From the IMG/VR virus record IMGVR_UViG_3300045988_183350: a DNA stretch of 64,000 nucleotides. One strand, written 5' to 3'. Shown one piece after another: positions 56,679 through 64,000 of the stretch. The position numbers and the translations under genes were made by a program. Source of the DNA: a virus. Positions within the stretch are counted from its first letter, which is position 1. The number at the start of each line of letters is the position of its first letter. The notes beneath the pieces were generated by a model. The model ran no database searches. It was given only the letters and a program-made list of their open reading frames with translations, and was not told the DNA's origin.

Positions 56679-56963
56679 ATGACGACTATCAATTTTATCA
56701 TGCTTGGTTTATTTCTTATTGAAATAGCATTATCAGCTTACGTTTTATACAAGTCTTCTGTTAAAGACCCCGATGATATACTTTTTATGATGATTTGGCC
56801 TTTGTTCGAACTTATAAAAGCCGGGGGCTTCTTAGTGGTTTTTAAATCAGATGCAGTTTATATAGTTGTAGCTTTGTTTTACATGATTGACTTTGTAATT
56901 ATATCCGCGATTTGCGGACCTACAACTAATATAAAAAATACTTACCACAAAATTAAACTTTAA
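56679..56963 (+). CDS. Array member (94 aa; C-terminus ...NTYHKIKL)
   Basis: TM-rich. Confidence 0.55.
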   Translation: MTTINFIMLGLFLIEIALSAYVLYKSSVKDPDDILFMMIWPLFELIKAGGFLVVFKSDAVYIVVALFYMIDFVIISAICGPTTNIKNTYHKIKL

Positions 56964-56978
56964 GAAAGGAAATAAAAA

Positions 56979-57335
56979 ATGTTTGAGATTATTAAATGGT
57001 TTATGCTAATAGCCCTGCTTATTGCAATGGCTAAAGCTTCAGAAACCTTAGAAACCTTGGAAAACTTAGGACTTTTAACAAGCGATGTTTTATATGATAA
57101 TATATTAGTACTTAGTGCCTTGTTTAATTTCTTTTTATTGATTATTACAGGACTTGTGTTTGTCCTTACGTTATCATCAGGTTTTCCGTCAGTATTTTCA
57201 AATATAATGACAGTTATTATTATTGTTGAATTTATGTATCTGTTATTTGTTTATGGCAAAGTAATTCCAGGCTACAAAGGTCTTATAGCAGAGCGTTCAA
57301 CTAATAAAACTAAAGAAACCATTAAGATTAATTAA
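56979..57335 (+). CDS. Array member (118 aa; C-terminus ...KETIKIN)
   Basis: Paralog of 57355-57696. Confidence 0.55.
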   Translation: MFEIIKWFMLIALLIAMAKASETLETLENLGLLTSDVLYDNILVLSALFNFFLLIITGLVFVLTLSSGFPSVFSNIMTVIIIVEFMYLLFVYGKVIPGYKGLIAERSTNKTKETIKIN

Positions 57336-57354
57336 AAAAAGGGGGGCTAAAAAA

Positions 57355-57696
57355 ATGTTTGAACTTACTAAATTGTTTATGTTAGCTGCCTTGATGATTT
57401 GTATGGTCAGAGCTTCTGATAATTTGACCGAACTAGATAATGACTCTTTGCATTCATGGGTAACTGCTGGTATTGCCTTTATTGATTTTTTTGTAGTATT
57501 AATTACAGGGTTGATACTTGTCATTACAGCATCGTCAAATGATTTTCCGCAGGAGTTTTCAGCTATAATGACAATTGCTATCACTGTTGAATTTGTTTAT
57601 ATGTTATTTGTTTATGGTAAAGTAATTCCAGACTATGAAGGCTCTAAAGTAACGCATCCAATTAATAAAAATAAAGAAATAATTAAAATTGATTAA
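57355..57696 (+). CDS. Array member (113 aa; C-terminus ...KEIIKID)
   Basis: Paralog of 56979-57335. Confidence 0.55.
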   Translation: MFELTKLFMLAALMICMVRASDNLTELDNDSLHSWVTAGIAFIDFFVVLITGLILVITASSNDFPQEFSAIMTIAITVEFVYMLFVYGKVIPDYEGSKVTHPINKNKEIIKID

Positions 57697-57709
57697 AGGA
57701 AATTAAAAT

Positions 57710-58075
57710 ATGATGGCTTGGTTATATTGGATAATTCCTGTGATATTTGAAATTGGTTTAATATCATTAAGCATATATCTTGGATATGTGTTTAAAGTTC
57801 GATGCAATTATACAAAATTTGAAATGTATAATAAAATAGCTGAGTTTATGCTTGTACATACTGTTTATGTGTTTGCGACTATAACGATAACATTTATTTG
57901 TCAAGCAGTTGATACAATTTTTAAAGGTCAAATTGGTTTAATTATATTACCATTTATTATCGCAATTATATTCGGATTCATTTCATTTAATTGGATAAAT
58001 GTTAATTTTATTGAAATTAATGAAGAACTTGGGCGAGTGCATCGCCGAAAACTTCGTAAAGAAATTAAAATTTGA
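57710..58075 (+). CDS. Array member (121 aa; C-terminus ...RKEIKI)
   Basis: TM-rich. Confidence 0.55.
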   Translation: MMAWLYWIIPVIFEIGLISLSIYLGYVFKVRCNYTKFEMYNKIAEFMLVHTVYVFATITITFICQAVDTIFKGQIGLIILPFIIAIIFGFISFNWINVNFIEINEELGRVHRRKLRKEIKI

Positions 58076-58087
58076 AAAGGAGGCTAA

Positions 58088-58450
58088 ATGACTAATTTTA
58101 ATCAATATTTATCACTAATATTAGCAATTTTAACAGTTACAATTACTTCATTATACTTTATTAATAAGATACGCCAACTTGTAACTAGTTATAATTTTAA
58201 ATTCAACTGGAATGATAACTTTGTATCAGCATTATGCGATATATTATTTTATAGTGGATTAGCATTAGTAGTTGATGGTTATATATTTATTCAAAAAATT
58301 GAAACCTTTTCAGTGGATATAAGTCTTATACTTATTGTATTGCTTACATTATTATTTCATGTTTGGATAGTATATATCTGTAAATATGAAATTGATTTAT
58401 ATATCGATATGGCATTATATAATTTACAAAATAAATCAATTAAACTTTAA
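58088..58450 (+). CDS. Array member (120 aa; C-terminus ...NKSIKL)
   Basis: TM-rich. Confidence 0.55.
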   Translation: MTNFNQYLSLILAILTVTITSLYFINKIRQLVTSYNFKFNWNDNFVSALCDILFYSGLALVVDGYIFIQKIETFSVDISLILIVLLTLLFHVWIVYICKYEIDLYIDMALYNLQNKSIKL

Positions 58451-58465
58451 AAGGAGAACAAAAAT

Positions 58466-58813
58466 ATGTATGAAATTATAAATTGGATAATTTTTGGATT
58501 ATTCACTACAACACTTATTGCTTACAGTGCATATGCACTTAATTGTTTACTTAAAACCGAGACAGATTTTTTAGGCATGTACTTAGTATTATTTTTCATT
58601 ATGAATGTGATATGTTTATCAGCTATTACATTGTTGTCAACACACGTTAAACCCGAACAATTAAATCCGACTACATTGCTGGGTACATTTGTACTAGATA
58701 CGATTATATTATCAATGGCTATTGTAGCTTATCATGATGACATAGTTAGTGACTACAATTGGCAACAAAACCAACATAAAGACTATATTAAACAAAAAAC
58801 TATTAAACTTTAA
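58466..58813 (+). CDS. Array member (115 aa; C-terminus ...KQKTIKL)
   Basis: TM-rich. Confidence 0.55.
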   Translation: MYEIINWIIFGLFTTTLIAYSAYALNCLLKTETDFLGMYLVLFFIMNVICLSAITLLSTHVKPEQLNPTTLLGTFVLDTIILSMAIVAYHDDIVSDYNWQQNQHKDYIKQKTIKL

Positions 58814-58829
58814 AAGGAAAAATTAAATT

Positions 58830-59201
58830 ATGGCTGATATAATTTTTTGGATAATTATTGGATTACTACTAGTTAGTGATATTTCCGATAATGGATATAT
58901 CCTTTATAGAGCTTATAAATCACAAATACATAAGCATATATTCGAATATGGTTTCATTATGTTTACTTTATTAGCGTCAAGTTTAATAACATTGCTTTGT
59001 ATTGCCTTAGTGACACTCATTGGAAGTATCGTAACGGTGAATTTTGGTATTGCTACAGGCCTTATTGTTAATGCTTTGCTTGGTCTTTTGGCTATCTTTT
59101 GTATCATTAAAATGCGACATTATTTGTTTATTAGTGATTGGATAGCCGATGAGGAAAGGTATTTAAAATATAAAAACATGCGAAAACATATTAAATTTTG
59201 A
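58830..59201 (+). CDS. Array member (123 aa; C-terminus ...MRKHIKF)
   Basis: TM-rich. Confidence 0.55.
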   Translation: MADIIFWIIIGLLLVSDISDNGYILYRAYKSQIHKHIFEYGFIMFTLLASSLITLLCIALVTLIGSIVTVNFGIATGLIVNALLGLLAIFCIIKMRHYLFISDWIADEERYLKYKNMRKHIKF

Positions 59202-59213
59202 AAGGAGTTTTAA

Positions 59214-59591
59214 ATGATGGAAACATTTACAAAATGGTTTTATCTGATAGGGTCAATTATATCAGCAATTAGTATATTAACATACTTTTTGTATAAGGCA
59301 AAAACACTTAGTCCAAACGGTAAATCAGAAAGAGAATCCGTGGAATTTTATTGGTCACTATTCAGATTAGTCGTATTTCATATTCTTAGTATAATTGTGG
59401 GCATTTTAATGGTTCGCGAGCATAATCATAATAATGTAAATTTGAGTACTGATATTACGTTTTCAGGTTTAATTTTGATTTTCTTCATTACGACTGTAGC
59501 TTTGTCGCGCTTTGAAATTATTGATGATTATATTAAAAATATAACTGAAATTAAACAAAATCAACTTATGCGACAATCAATTAAAATCTGA
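59214..59591 (+). CDS. Array member (125 aa; C-terminus ...MRQSIKI)
   Basis: TM-rich. Confidence 0.55.
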   Translation: MMETFTKWFYLIGSIISAISILTYFLYKAKTLSPNGKSERESVEFYWSLFRLVVFHILSIIVGILMVREHNHNNVNLSTDITFSGLILIFFITTVALSRFEIIDDYIKNITEIKQNQLMRQSIKI

Positions 59592-59603
59592 GAGGAGTCT
59601 TAA

Positions 59604-59945
59604 ATGATTTTTAATATTATAAATTGGATAATTAGTAGCTTAGTTATATTTGCTATTATAATAAATGTTATATATACGCTTGTATATTTATATAAAATTA
59701 ATTATAGCCATACATTTGATTTTACCGACTTTTTCATAGGAAATTCTTTAAGTGTTTTTGGTTGTACCGTAAATGTATTTCTTGCTGAGCCTAATAATAT
59801 GCCACAGTTATTCGTAGCTATAATATTCAACGTAGCCTTCCTTGCACTTCCATATATTTATAGTTATGATAAGGTTTATAGTAAGTATGAAAGACAATTA
59901 AAACGATTAAAGCAAAATAAATTAAATAAAACAATTAAAATTTAA
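59604..59945 (+). CDS. Array member (113 aa; C-terminus ...LNKTIKI)
   Basis: TM-rich. Confidence 0.55.
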   Translation: MIFNIINWIISSLVIFAIIINVIYTLVYLYKINYSHTFDFTDFFIGNSLSVFGCTVNVFLAEPNNMPQLFVAIIFNVAFLALPYIYSYDKVYSKYERQLKRLKQNKLNKTIKI

Positions 59946-59959
59946 AGGAGACTTGATTA

Positions 59960-60313
59960 ATGAACACATTTTTAAATTATATTCCAGGTATCATACCTGT
60001 AGTCACGGCTGTTATTGTAATTGTTTTACATATTAAAACAAGTAAACATAACTTTGCCTTTGAAAATCAAAAGTTAAAGGTAAATGTTAATTCAAAATGG
60101 TCAATTCAATGGTTTGATTTTGCAATTATCGCTTTACATCTGACATTTATTACATTTATGAATATGTACTTTTTAGCTGGCCAGCATGATGACATTATTT
60201 TGTCAGTATTGATAAACGGATTTACTCTTTTCCTTATTGATATACAAAATCTTGTCTTTGAAATTGACATGAGTAATGATGTCATGGCCCGTATGAAAAC
60301 AATTAAAATTTAA
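59960..60313 (+). CDS. Array member (117 aa; C-terminus ...RMKTIKI)
   Basis: TM-rich. Confidence 0.55.
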   Translation: MNTFLNYIPGIIPVVTAVIVIVLHIKTSKHNFAFENQKLKVNVNSKWSIQWFDFAIIALHLTFITFMNMYFLAGQHDDIILSVLINGFTLFLIDIQNLVFEIDMSNDVMARMKTIKI

Positions 60314-60327
60314 AGGATACTTAAGTT

Positions 60328-60696
60328 ATGAACACGATTTTATCAATACTTGCAAATATAAGTATATTAGCCGTTGCATATGCTGTTCCAAAAGTAATTT
60401 TATATTGTTATGCAAGGAAATATAATACAACAGCGGAAATATTACTTAATTATTGTTCAGATTTTAAGTTTTCGATTAAATCAGTCAATATGCTTATAAT
60501 TATTTTGGCAATCAACTGTTTAATATCACCTGCAATTGGTATTGCCGCTGGCGAGGCATTTAATGATATGTTATTCGCTTCTGCTGTTTGTAATTTAGGA
60601 CTAATTATTACATTAGGAAGTTTATTTTTAGCATATGGTATATTATACATTGGTAACGCAAGCAAAAAATTGCCTAAACGGCGAATTAAAATTTAA
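60328..60696 (+). CDS. Array member (122 aa; C-terminus ...PKRRIKI)
   Basis: Paralog of 61952-62323 (shared ILAxxYxxxxVILxxxARKxxTT). Confidence 0.55.
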   Translation: MNTILSILANISILAVAYAVPKVILYCYARKYNTTAEILLNYCSDFKFSIKSVNMLIIILAINCLISPAIGIAAGEAFNDMLFASAVCNLGLIITLGSLFLAYGILYIGNASKKLPKRRIKI

Positions 60697-60709
60697 AGGA
60701 ACATAAGCC

Positions 60710-61123
60710 ATGATTACATTTTTAACAACCCTTAGTTGTATAGCGGCTGAAATATTTGTTTATATTGGTTTGTTTATTTTAGCATATAAAATTCCAAGAC
60801 TATACTTAAGTCGTTATGCAAAAAAACATGATATAACATTAAATGAGCTACTTAATGAAAATGACCTTTTTGGCAATTTATCTTATAATCTTAATTGTTT
60901 AGACGGATTTTTGATTTTAATATTCGTAGCCAATGTGATGACACTTTTTGCAACATTAGATGGCTTTTCACTTAGTGAAATTTTAGCAGGCCTAGTGCTC
61001 TATGATTCAGGTGTATTAATTATTATGGCAATTGGATTTTTCGCTGATTTAAATGACTGTCTTAAATATATCAGTGACCACCTATATAAACAATTTGTTG
61101 AACACCAACCAATTAAAATTTAA
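60710..61123 (+). CDS. Array member (137 aa; C-terminus ...HQPIKI)
   Basis: TM-rich. Confidence 0.55.
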   Translation: MITFLTTLSCIAAEIFVYIGLFILAYKIPRLYLSRYAKKHDITLNELLNENDLFGNLSYNLNCLDGFLILIFVANVMTLFATLDGFSLSEILAGLVLYDSGVLIIMAIGFFADLNDCLKYISDHLYKQFVEHQPIKI

Positions 61124-61139
61124 GAAAGGAATTTAAATT

Positions 61140-61532
61140 ATGAATATATCTTTACTAACATTCGCTGTAATATCAATTACCTGTATGGTTGCAATGGGAT
61201 ATATAATCCCATATATTGTTCTTGGATTTTATGCAATAAAGCGAAATACAACCGTAAAATCATTACATTCATTAATCAAAAAATATGCTAATGTATTTGA
61301 TTCATTTGGGGTATCAAAAGCTGAAGGTTGGGGCTGTGGAATTTTTGGAATGTTATTATATTTCTTATTTCCACTGATGTCAGTTGAGCTATCTTATAAT
61401 GATAAAATAACTCTTTTTATCATATATCTAACAATCTTGTTTGGCGCTTTATTATATATAAATATTGCATTGATTAATTCCAGTATTGATATTATTGATA
61501 AAAAATTGTCTGAACAATCCATTAAAATTTAA
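61140..61532 (+). CDS. Array member (130 aa; C-terminus ...EQSIKI)
   Basis: TM-rich. Confidence 0.55.
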   Translation: MNISLLTFAVISITCMVAMGYIIPYIVLGFYAIKRNTTVKSLHSLIKKYANVFDSFGVSKAEGWGCGIFGMLLYFLFPLMSVELSYNDKITLFIIYLTILFGALLYINIALINSSIDIIDKKLSEQSIKI

Positions 61533-61543
61533 AGGAGTAAATT

Positions 61544-61948
61544 ATGAACGTATTACTTGTTGTTATACCTTTATTAAGTATTGGTATTACAATTTATTGG
61601 AGTATAATTGCCAGTCAGGAATTTCGCAAACCGCTTGAAGCTTATTTTGAAAAATCTTTAAAAAATTCAAAATCATTTCGTAAAAAGTTTTATAAAACAT
61701 TTCCCGATATTGATTGGCCAATGATGCTAACAATGGCAGCTATGGTAATTATAGGCGACATTTTTACAATTGTTGTTTTTTATGACAACCTTGTAGAGGC
61801 TTTAATTTGTATGTTAGGATTTAATGTGATTGCCTTAAGTCTGAACTCTTTAATGATGCGTTTTTATATAGGCGGTGCCTATTTCGCGGTTAATCAATTT
61901 GAATATAACGATAAAAAGAAAATTAAGGTCAATTCGGGAGATAATTAA
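61544..61948 (+). CDS. Array member (134 aa; C-terminus ...KKKIKVNSGDN, motif followed by a short extension)
   Basis: TM-rich. Confidence 0.5.
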   Translation: MNVLLVVIPLLSIGITIYWSIIASQEFRKPLEAYFEKSLKNSKSFRKKFYKTFPDIDWPMMLTMAAMVIIGDIFTIVVFYDNLVEALICMLGFNVIALSLNSLMMRFYIGGAYFAVNQFEYNDKKKIKVNSGDN

Positions 61949-61951
61949 CGT

Positions 61952-62323
61952 ATGATTACATTTTTATTAATACTTGCTGATATTAGTATTTTAGCCATTG
62001 CATATATAAGATTTCAAGTGATTTTACATAATCTTGCACGAAAACACGGTACGACAGTACCAACATTGCTTAATAGTTGTTCAAATTTATCAGCTATTTA
62101 TGACGATAAAAATAAAATGCTTATTATGTCAATAGTTTCCAAAGTAGCTGTAAGTTTATCAGCTTTATCACAACATTATGGTCTTACTGATGCTCTGATA
62201 GGTTTTATAATCCTTGATTTAATATTAATTATTATTGATTATTATGCCGGTGAAGACGTTGATGGATTTTATGTTAAGACAAACGATGAAATTAAATTAC
62301 GCAAACGGCACATTAAACTTTAA
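61952..62323 (+). CDS. Array member (123 aa; C-terminus ...RKRHIKL)
   Basis: Paralog of 60328-60696. Confidence 0.55.
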   Translation: MITFLLILADISILAIAYIRFQVILHNLARKHGTTVPTLLNSCSNLSAIYDDKNKMLIMSIVSKVAVSLSALSQHYGLTDALIGFIILDLILIIIDYYAGEDVDGFYVKTNDEIKLRKRHIKL

Positions 62324-62339
62324 GAAAGGAAATTAAGTT

Positions 62340-62714
62340 ATGGATATACTCTTGATATTACTTATAAATATTATTGCTTTTGCAATACCATATATTTTTA
62401 TTTTTATAGTATCAAAGCATTTTGCAAATAAAAACAATATACCGTTTAAAACTGTACTAAATTTTAATGACTATGTAAAAAATACAATCGGTGGAACTAC
62501 CATATTTCAAATTGTTGTTCTTATAATTGATTTGCTTATATTCTTTTATGTGGGTGGAAATAATGATTATTCGACAACTGAAGTTTTAATTATGGTTACT
62601 TGTACTAATTTAATGCTTTTTGCACCAGCAGCATCACTAACAACGTTAGACTCAATTCGCGAAGATATGAGCAACATTAAAAAAACATTGCCTAATAAGT
62701 CGATTAAATTTTAA
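62340..62714 (+). CDS. Array member (124 aa; C-terminus ...PNKSIKF)
   Basis: TM-rich. Confidence 0.55.
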   Translation: MDILLILLINIIAFAIPYIFIFIVSKHFANKNNIPFKTVLNFNDYVKNTIGGTTIFQIVVLIIDLLIFFYVGGNNDYSTTEVLIMVTCTNLMLFAPAASLTTLDSIREDMSNIKKTLPNKSIKF

Positions 62715-62720
62715 ATAAAA

Positions 62721-62782
62721 GGTTTACTTTTATTTAAAACATGATATAATAAGAGTATAAATAAAGAAATGAGGACTTTTAT
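62721..62782 (+). promoter_or_regulatory. Conserved promoter-leader cassette (GGTTTACTTTTA..CATGATATAAT + AAATAAAGAAATGAGGA)
   Basis: Direct motif match. Confidence 0.6.
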
Positions 62783-63016
62783 ATGGTTATTTTAACAATT
62801 ATTACAATTATTATTGCACTTCTTGCACAACTTGTATTTGACATTAAAGTCATTGATTTTATGTTCAAACATGTTGGCTTGCTTATTGGTGTAGGTGTTG
62901 CTGTGATTTTGCTTCGTGTATTATTTATGGTTTTGCCTGCTCTTATGTCTCTTTTACTTAGTGTTGTCATCGCCATTGTGCTTACAAACCTAGTTGTAAA
63001 AATTATTACAAAGTAG
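62783..63016 (+). CDS. Small membrane protein (77 aa; C-terminus ...VKIITK)
   Basis: Two TM segments; follows the promoter-leader cassette. Confidence 0.5.
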   Translation: MVILTIITIIIALLAQLVFDIKVIDFMFKHVGLLIGVGVAVILLRVLFMVLPALMSLLLSVVIAIVLTNLVVKIITK

Positions 63017-63028
63017 GGGGCCGTTATT

Positions 63029-63397
63029 ATGGGATATGTTGGTGGTAACATAGTATCATTATTTATAGTTTTAGCACTTTTATTTTTAGTAACAATTTCA
63101 GCATATGCTGATGATATGACGCATCCAAAAAACCTTACATTAAAGGATTATATTTGTAAACTATCAAAGGCATTGGCAGTGCTACTGCTTGCGAATTTTC
63201 TTTTAGCAGGTCTGATAACTACCTTTAATGACTTGTGCGGTAATTTCCCAGTGGATTCATTCAGTGAGTATTTAAATCATATGATTTGGCCATTCAGTTA
63301 TTTAGCCGTGGCCCTTTGTATTGTAATTATTCATATTATTATTGCTCATACGAAAAAACAACCAAAATCCAAGACCATTAAAATTGAGGCTGACTAA
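63029..63397 (+). CDS. Array-type small membrane protein (122 aa; C-terminus ...KSKTIKIEAD)
   Basis: RBS GGGGG; TM-rich. Confidence 0.5.
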   Translation: MGYVGGNIVSLFIVLALLFLVTISAYADDMTHPKNLTLKDYICKLSKALAVLLLANFLLAGLITTFNDLCGNFPVDSFSEYLNHMIWPFSYLAVALCIVIIHIIIAHTKKQPKSKTIKIEAD

Positions 63398-63398
63398 T

Positions 63399-63629
63399 AT
63401 GTTATATTTTGCTTATATTGTATTTACAATTTATTTGATTGCAATATTTCCATATGTTGAACAAAGTTCAAAATTTAAATTTTTTATGAATTTACTGTTA
63501 CTTTTGGTAATACCGATAATCTTATTAATTGTATTTTGGTCGGTTATTTTTGTGACAAGTATTGCCGTTATGTACATTTATATTTTCGGTCGCGAATTTA
63601 TAGACGATATTAAAACCGAAAATCAATAA
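63399..63629 (+). CDS. Small membrane protein (76 aa)
   Basis: Start MLYFAYIVF (an internal Met of track ORF 63342-63629 chosen to avoid overlap); two TM segments. Confidence 0.4.
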   Translation: MLYFAYIVFTIYLIAIFPYVEQSSKFKFFMNLLLLLVIPIILLIVFWSVIFVTSIAVMYIYIFGREFIDDIKTENQ

Positions 63630-63655
63630 TACCTCTATATAGAGGTATTTTTTTT
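63628..63655 (+). terminator. Rho-independent terminator ending the membrane-protein array
   Basis: AATACCTCTATATAGAGGTATTTTTTTT. Confidence 0.7.
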
Positions 63656-63678
63656 ATAACCTTTTATTTACATAAAAA

Positions 63679-63739
63679 GGTTTACTTTTATTTTATATGC
63701 GGTATAATAAAGGTATAAATAAAGAAATGAGGTTAACAC
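63679..63739 (+). promoter_or_regulatory. Conserved promoter-leader cassette
   Basis: GGTTTACTTTTATTTTATATGCGGTATAAT + AAATAAAGAAATGAGG. Confidence 0.6.
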
Positions 63740-64000
63740 ATGAGTAAATTTTTCGAATATCGTAATTTTCGAATTATTGGTGTTCCAGGTAATTACAAGT
63801 TGATAAGCACGTTAAGTTTAAAGTCTAATGTAAAACTTAAATCCAAGGTTACACGTAAATTTGTGTCACTTGATGTTAAGCCTTCTGAAATCGTAACTGT
63901 TATTATTAAAGGTAAAGGCGACGACTTTAGCTCACAATATGCGTTAAAATCCAAAGCCGTACGCAACTATAAAACAGTATATGATTTGATTGACGCCTTA
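63740..64000 (+). CDS. Hypothetical protein, 3'-truncated by the window end
   Basis: ATG after the conserved leader; open to the end of the window. Confidence 0.4.
   Translation, partial: MSKFFEYRNFRIIGVPGNYKLISTLSLKSNVKLKSKVTRKFVSLDVKPSEIVTVIIKGKGDDFSSQYALKSKAVRNYKTVYDLIDAL

Noticed and set aside
54860-63629. Regular ~370-bp periodicity with conserved junctions; considered a CRISPR-like or satellite array
   Set aside because: Units are 280-410 bp, each a full ORF with RBS and start; the conserved part is a protein C-terminus plus RBS; there are no short direct repeats with spacers. This is a gene array.

Overview
The window is AT-rich (about 32% GC) and gene-dense, with Gram-positive signals (AGGAGG-type RBSs, sigma-A-like promoters with extended TGnTATAAT -10 boxes, signal peptides, an LPXTG anchor, choline-binding-type repeats). 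It reads like a large virulent phage or phage-like mobile element of a low-GC Gram-positive (probably Lactobacillales-like) host, not a chromosome. The main evidence is that almost every gene and tRNA has its own near-identical promoter, 'AAAAGGTTTACTTTTA – 15–17 nt – TGnTATAAT', often followed by an identical leader, 'ATAAGTAATGAATAAAGAAATGAGGA'. There is a cluster of about 22 tRNA genes, and most proteins are ORFans. A chromosomal origin cannot be excluded, because FtsE/FtsX, HU, NrdH/NrdI, PcsB-like CHAP hydrolases and an LPXTG protein are present.

Contents in order:
- 1–1032: 3' part of a P4-alpha/D5-like primase-helicase (Walker A GAGGNGKS), truncated by the window start.
- 1033–4000: non-coding, iteron-dense region with more than 40 TTTCCAATGTA boxes, GGTAAACCTTTT iteron clusters in direct then inverted orientation, long inverted repeats around AT-rich cores, and a ~950-bp module present twice. 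I read it as a replication origin (P4 ori/crr-like).
- 4005–9758: a bacterial-type PARG-like macro-domain gene, an orphan ATP-cone protein, membrane proteins, and a secreted coiled-coil protein with an SLT-like domain.
- 10010–16350: two PcsB-like coiled-coil CHAP hydrolases, HU, a secreted beta-helix protein with cell-wall-binding repeats, and a Gly/His-rich secreted protein co-transcribed with a tRNA-Met.
- 15264–20103: about 22 tRNAs, most with their own promoter, plus two or three unassigned structured non-coding stretches.
- 20606–32795: LPXTG M-like protein, NrdH, FtsE/FtsX, a PARP-like ADP-ribosyltransferase, an SF2 helicase, and an SPFH/flotillin.
- 33133–39694 (minus strand): nine tandem genes from two unrelated families that all end in a conserved C-terminal F-[D/E/T]-x-L tail.
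- 39760–48845: a P-loop NTPase next to a 2.4-kb repeat-rich non-coding region (second origin candidate), all flanked by a ~240-bp inverted repeat pair.
- 47158–54711: metallophosphatase, HIRAN, HAD, SpoT-like HD hydrolase, NrdI, YqeY-like and hypothetical genes.
- 54860–63629: about 24 tandem paralogous small multi-pass membrane proteins with a conserved basic–x–I–K–[I/L/F] C-terminus, with decayed tiny-ORF remnants of further copies.

The most likely novel systems are the two tandem arrays with conserved C-terminal tails, the PARP/PARG/helicase trio, and the iteron origin. All coordinates are hand-counted and may be off by a few nucleotides, especially for tRNAs.
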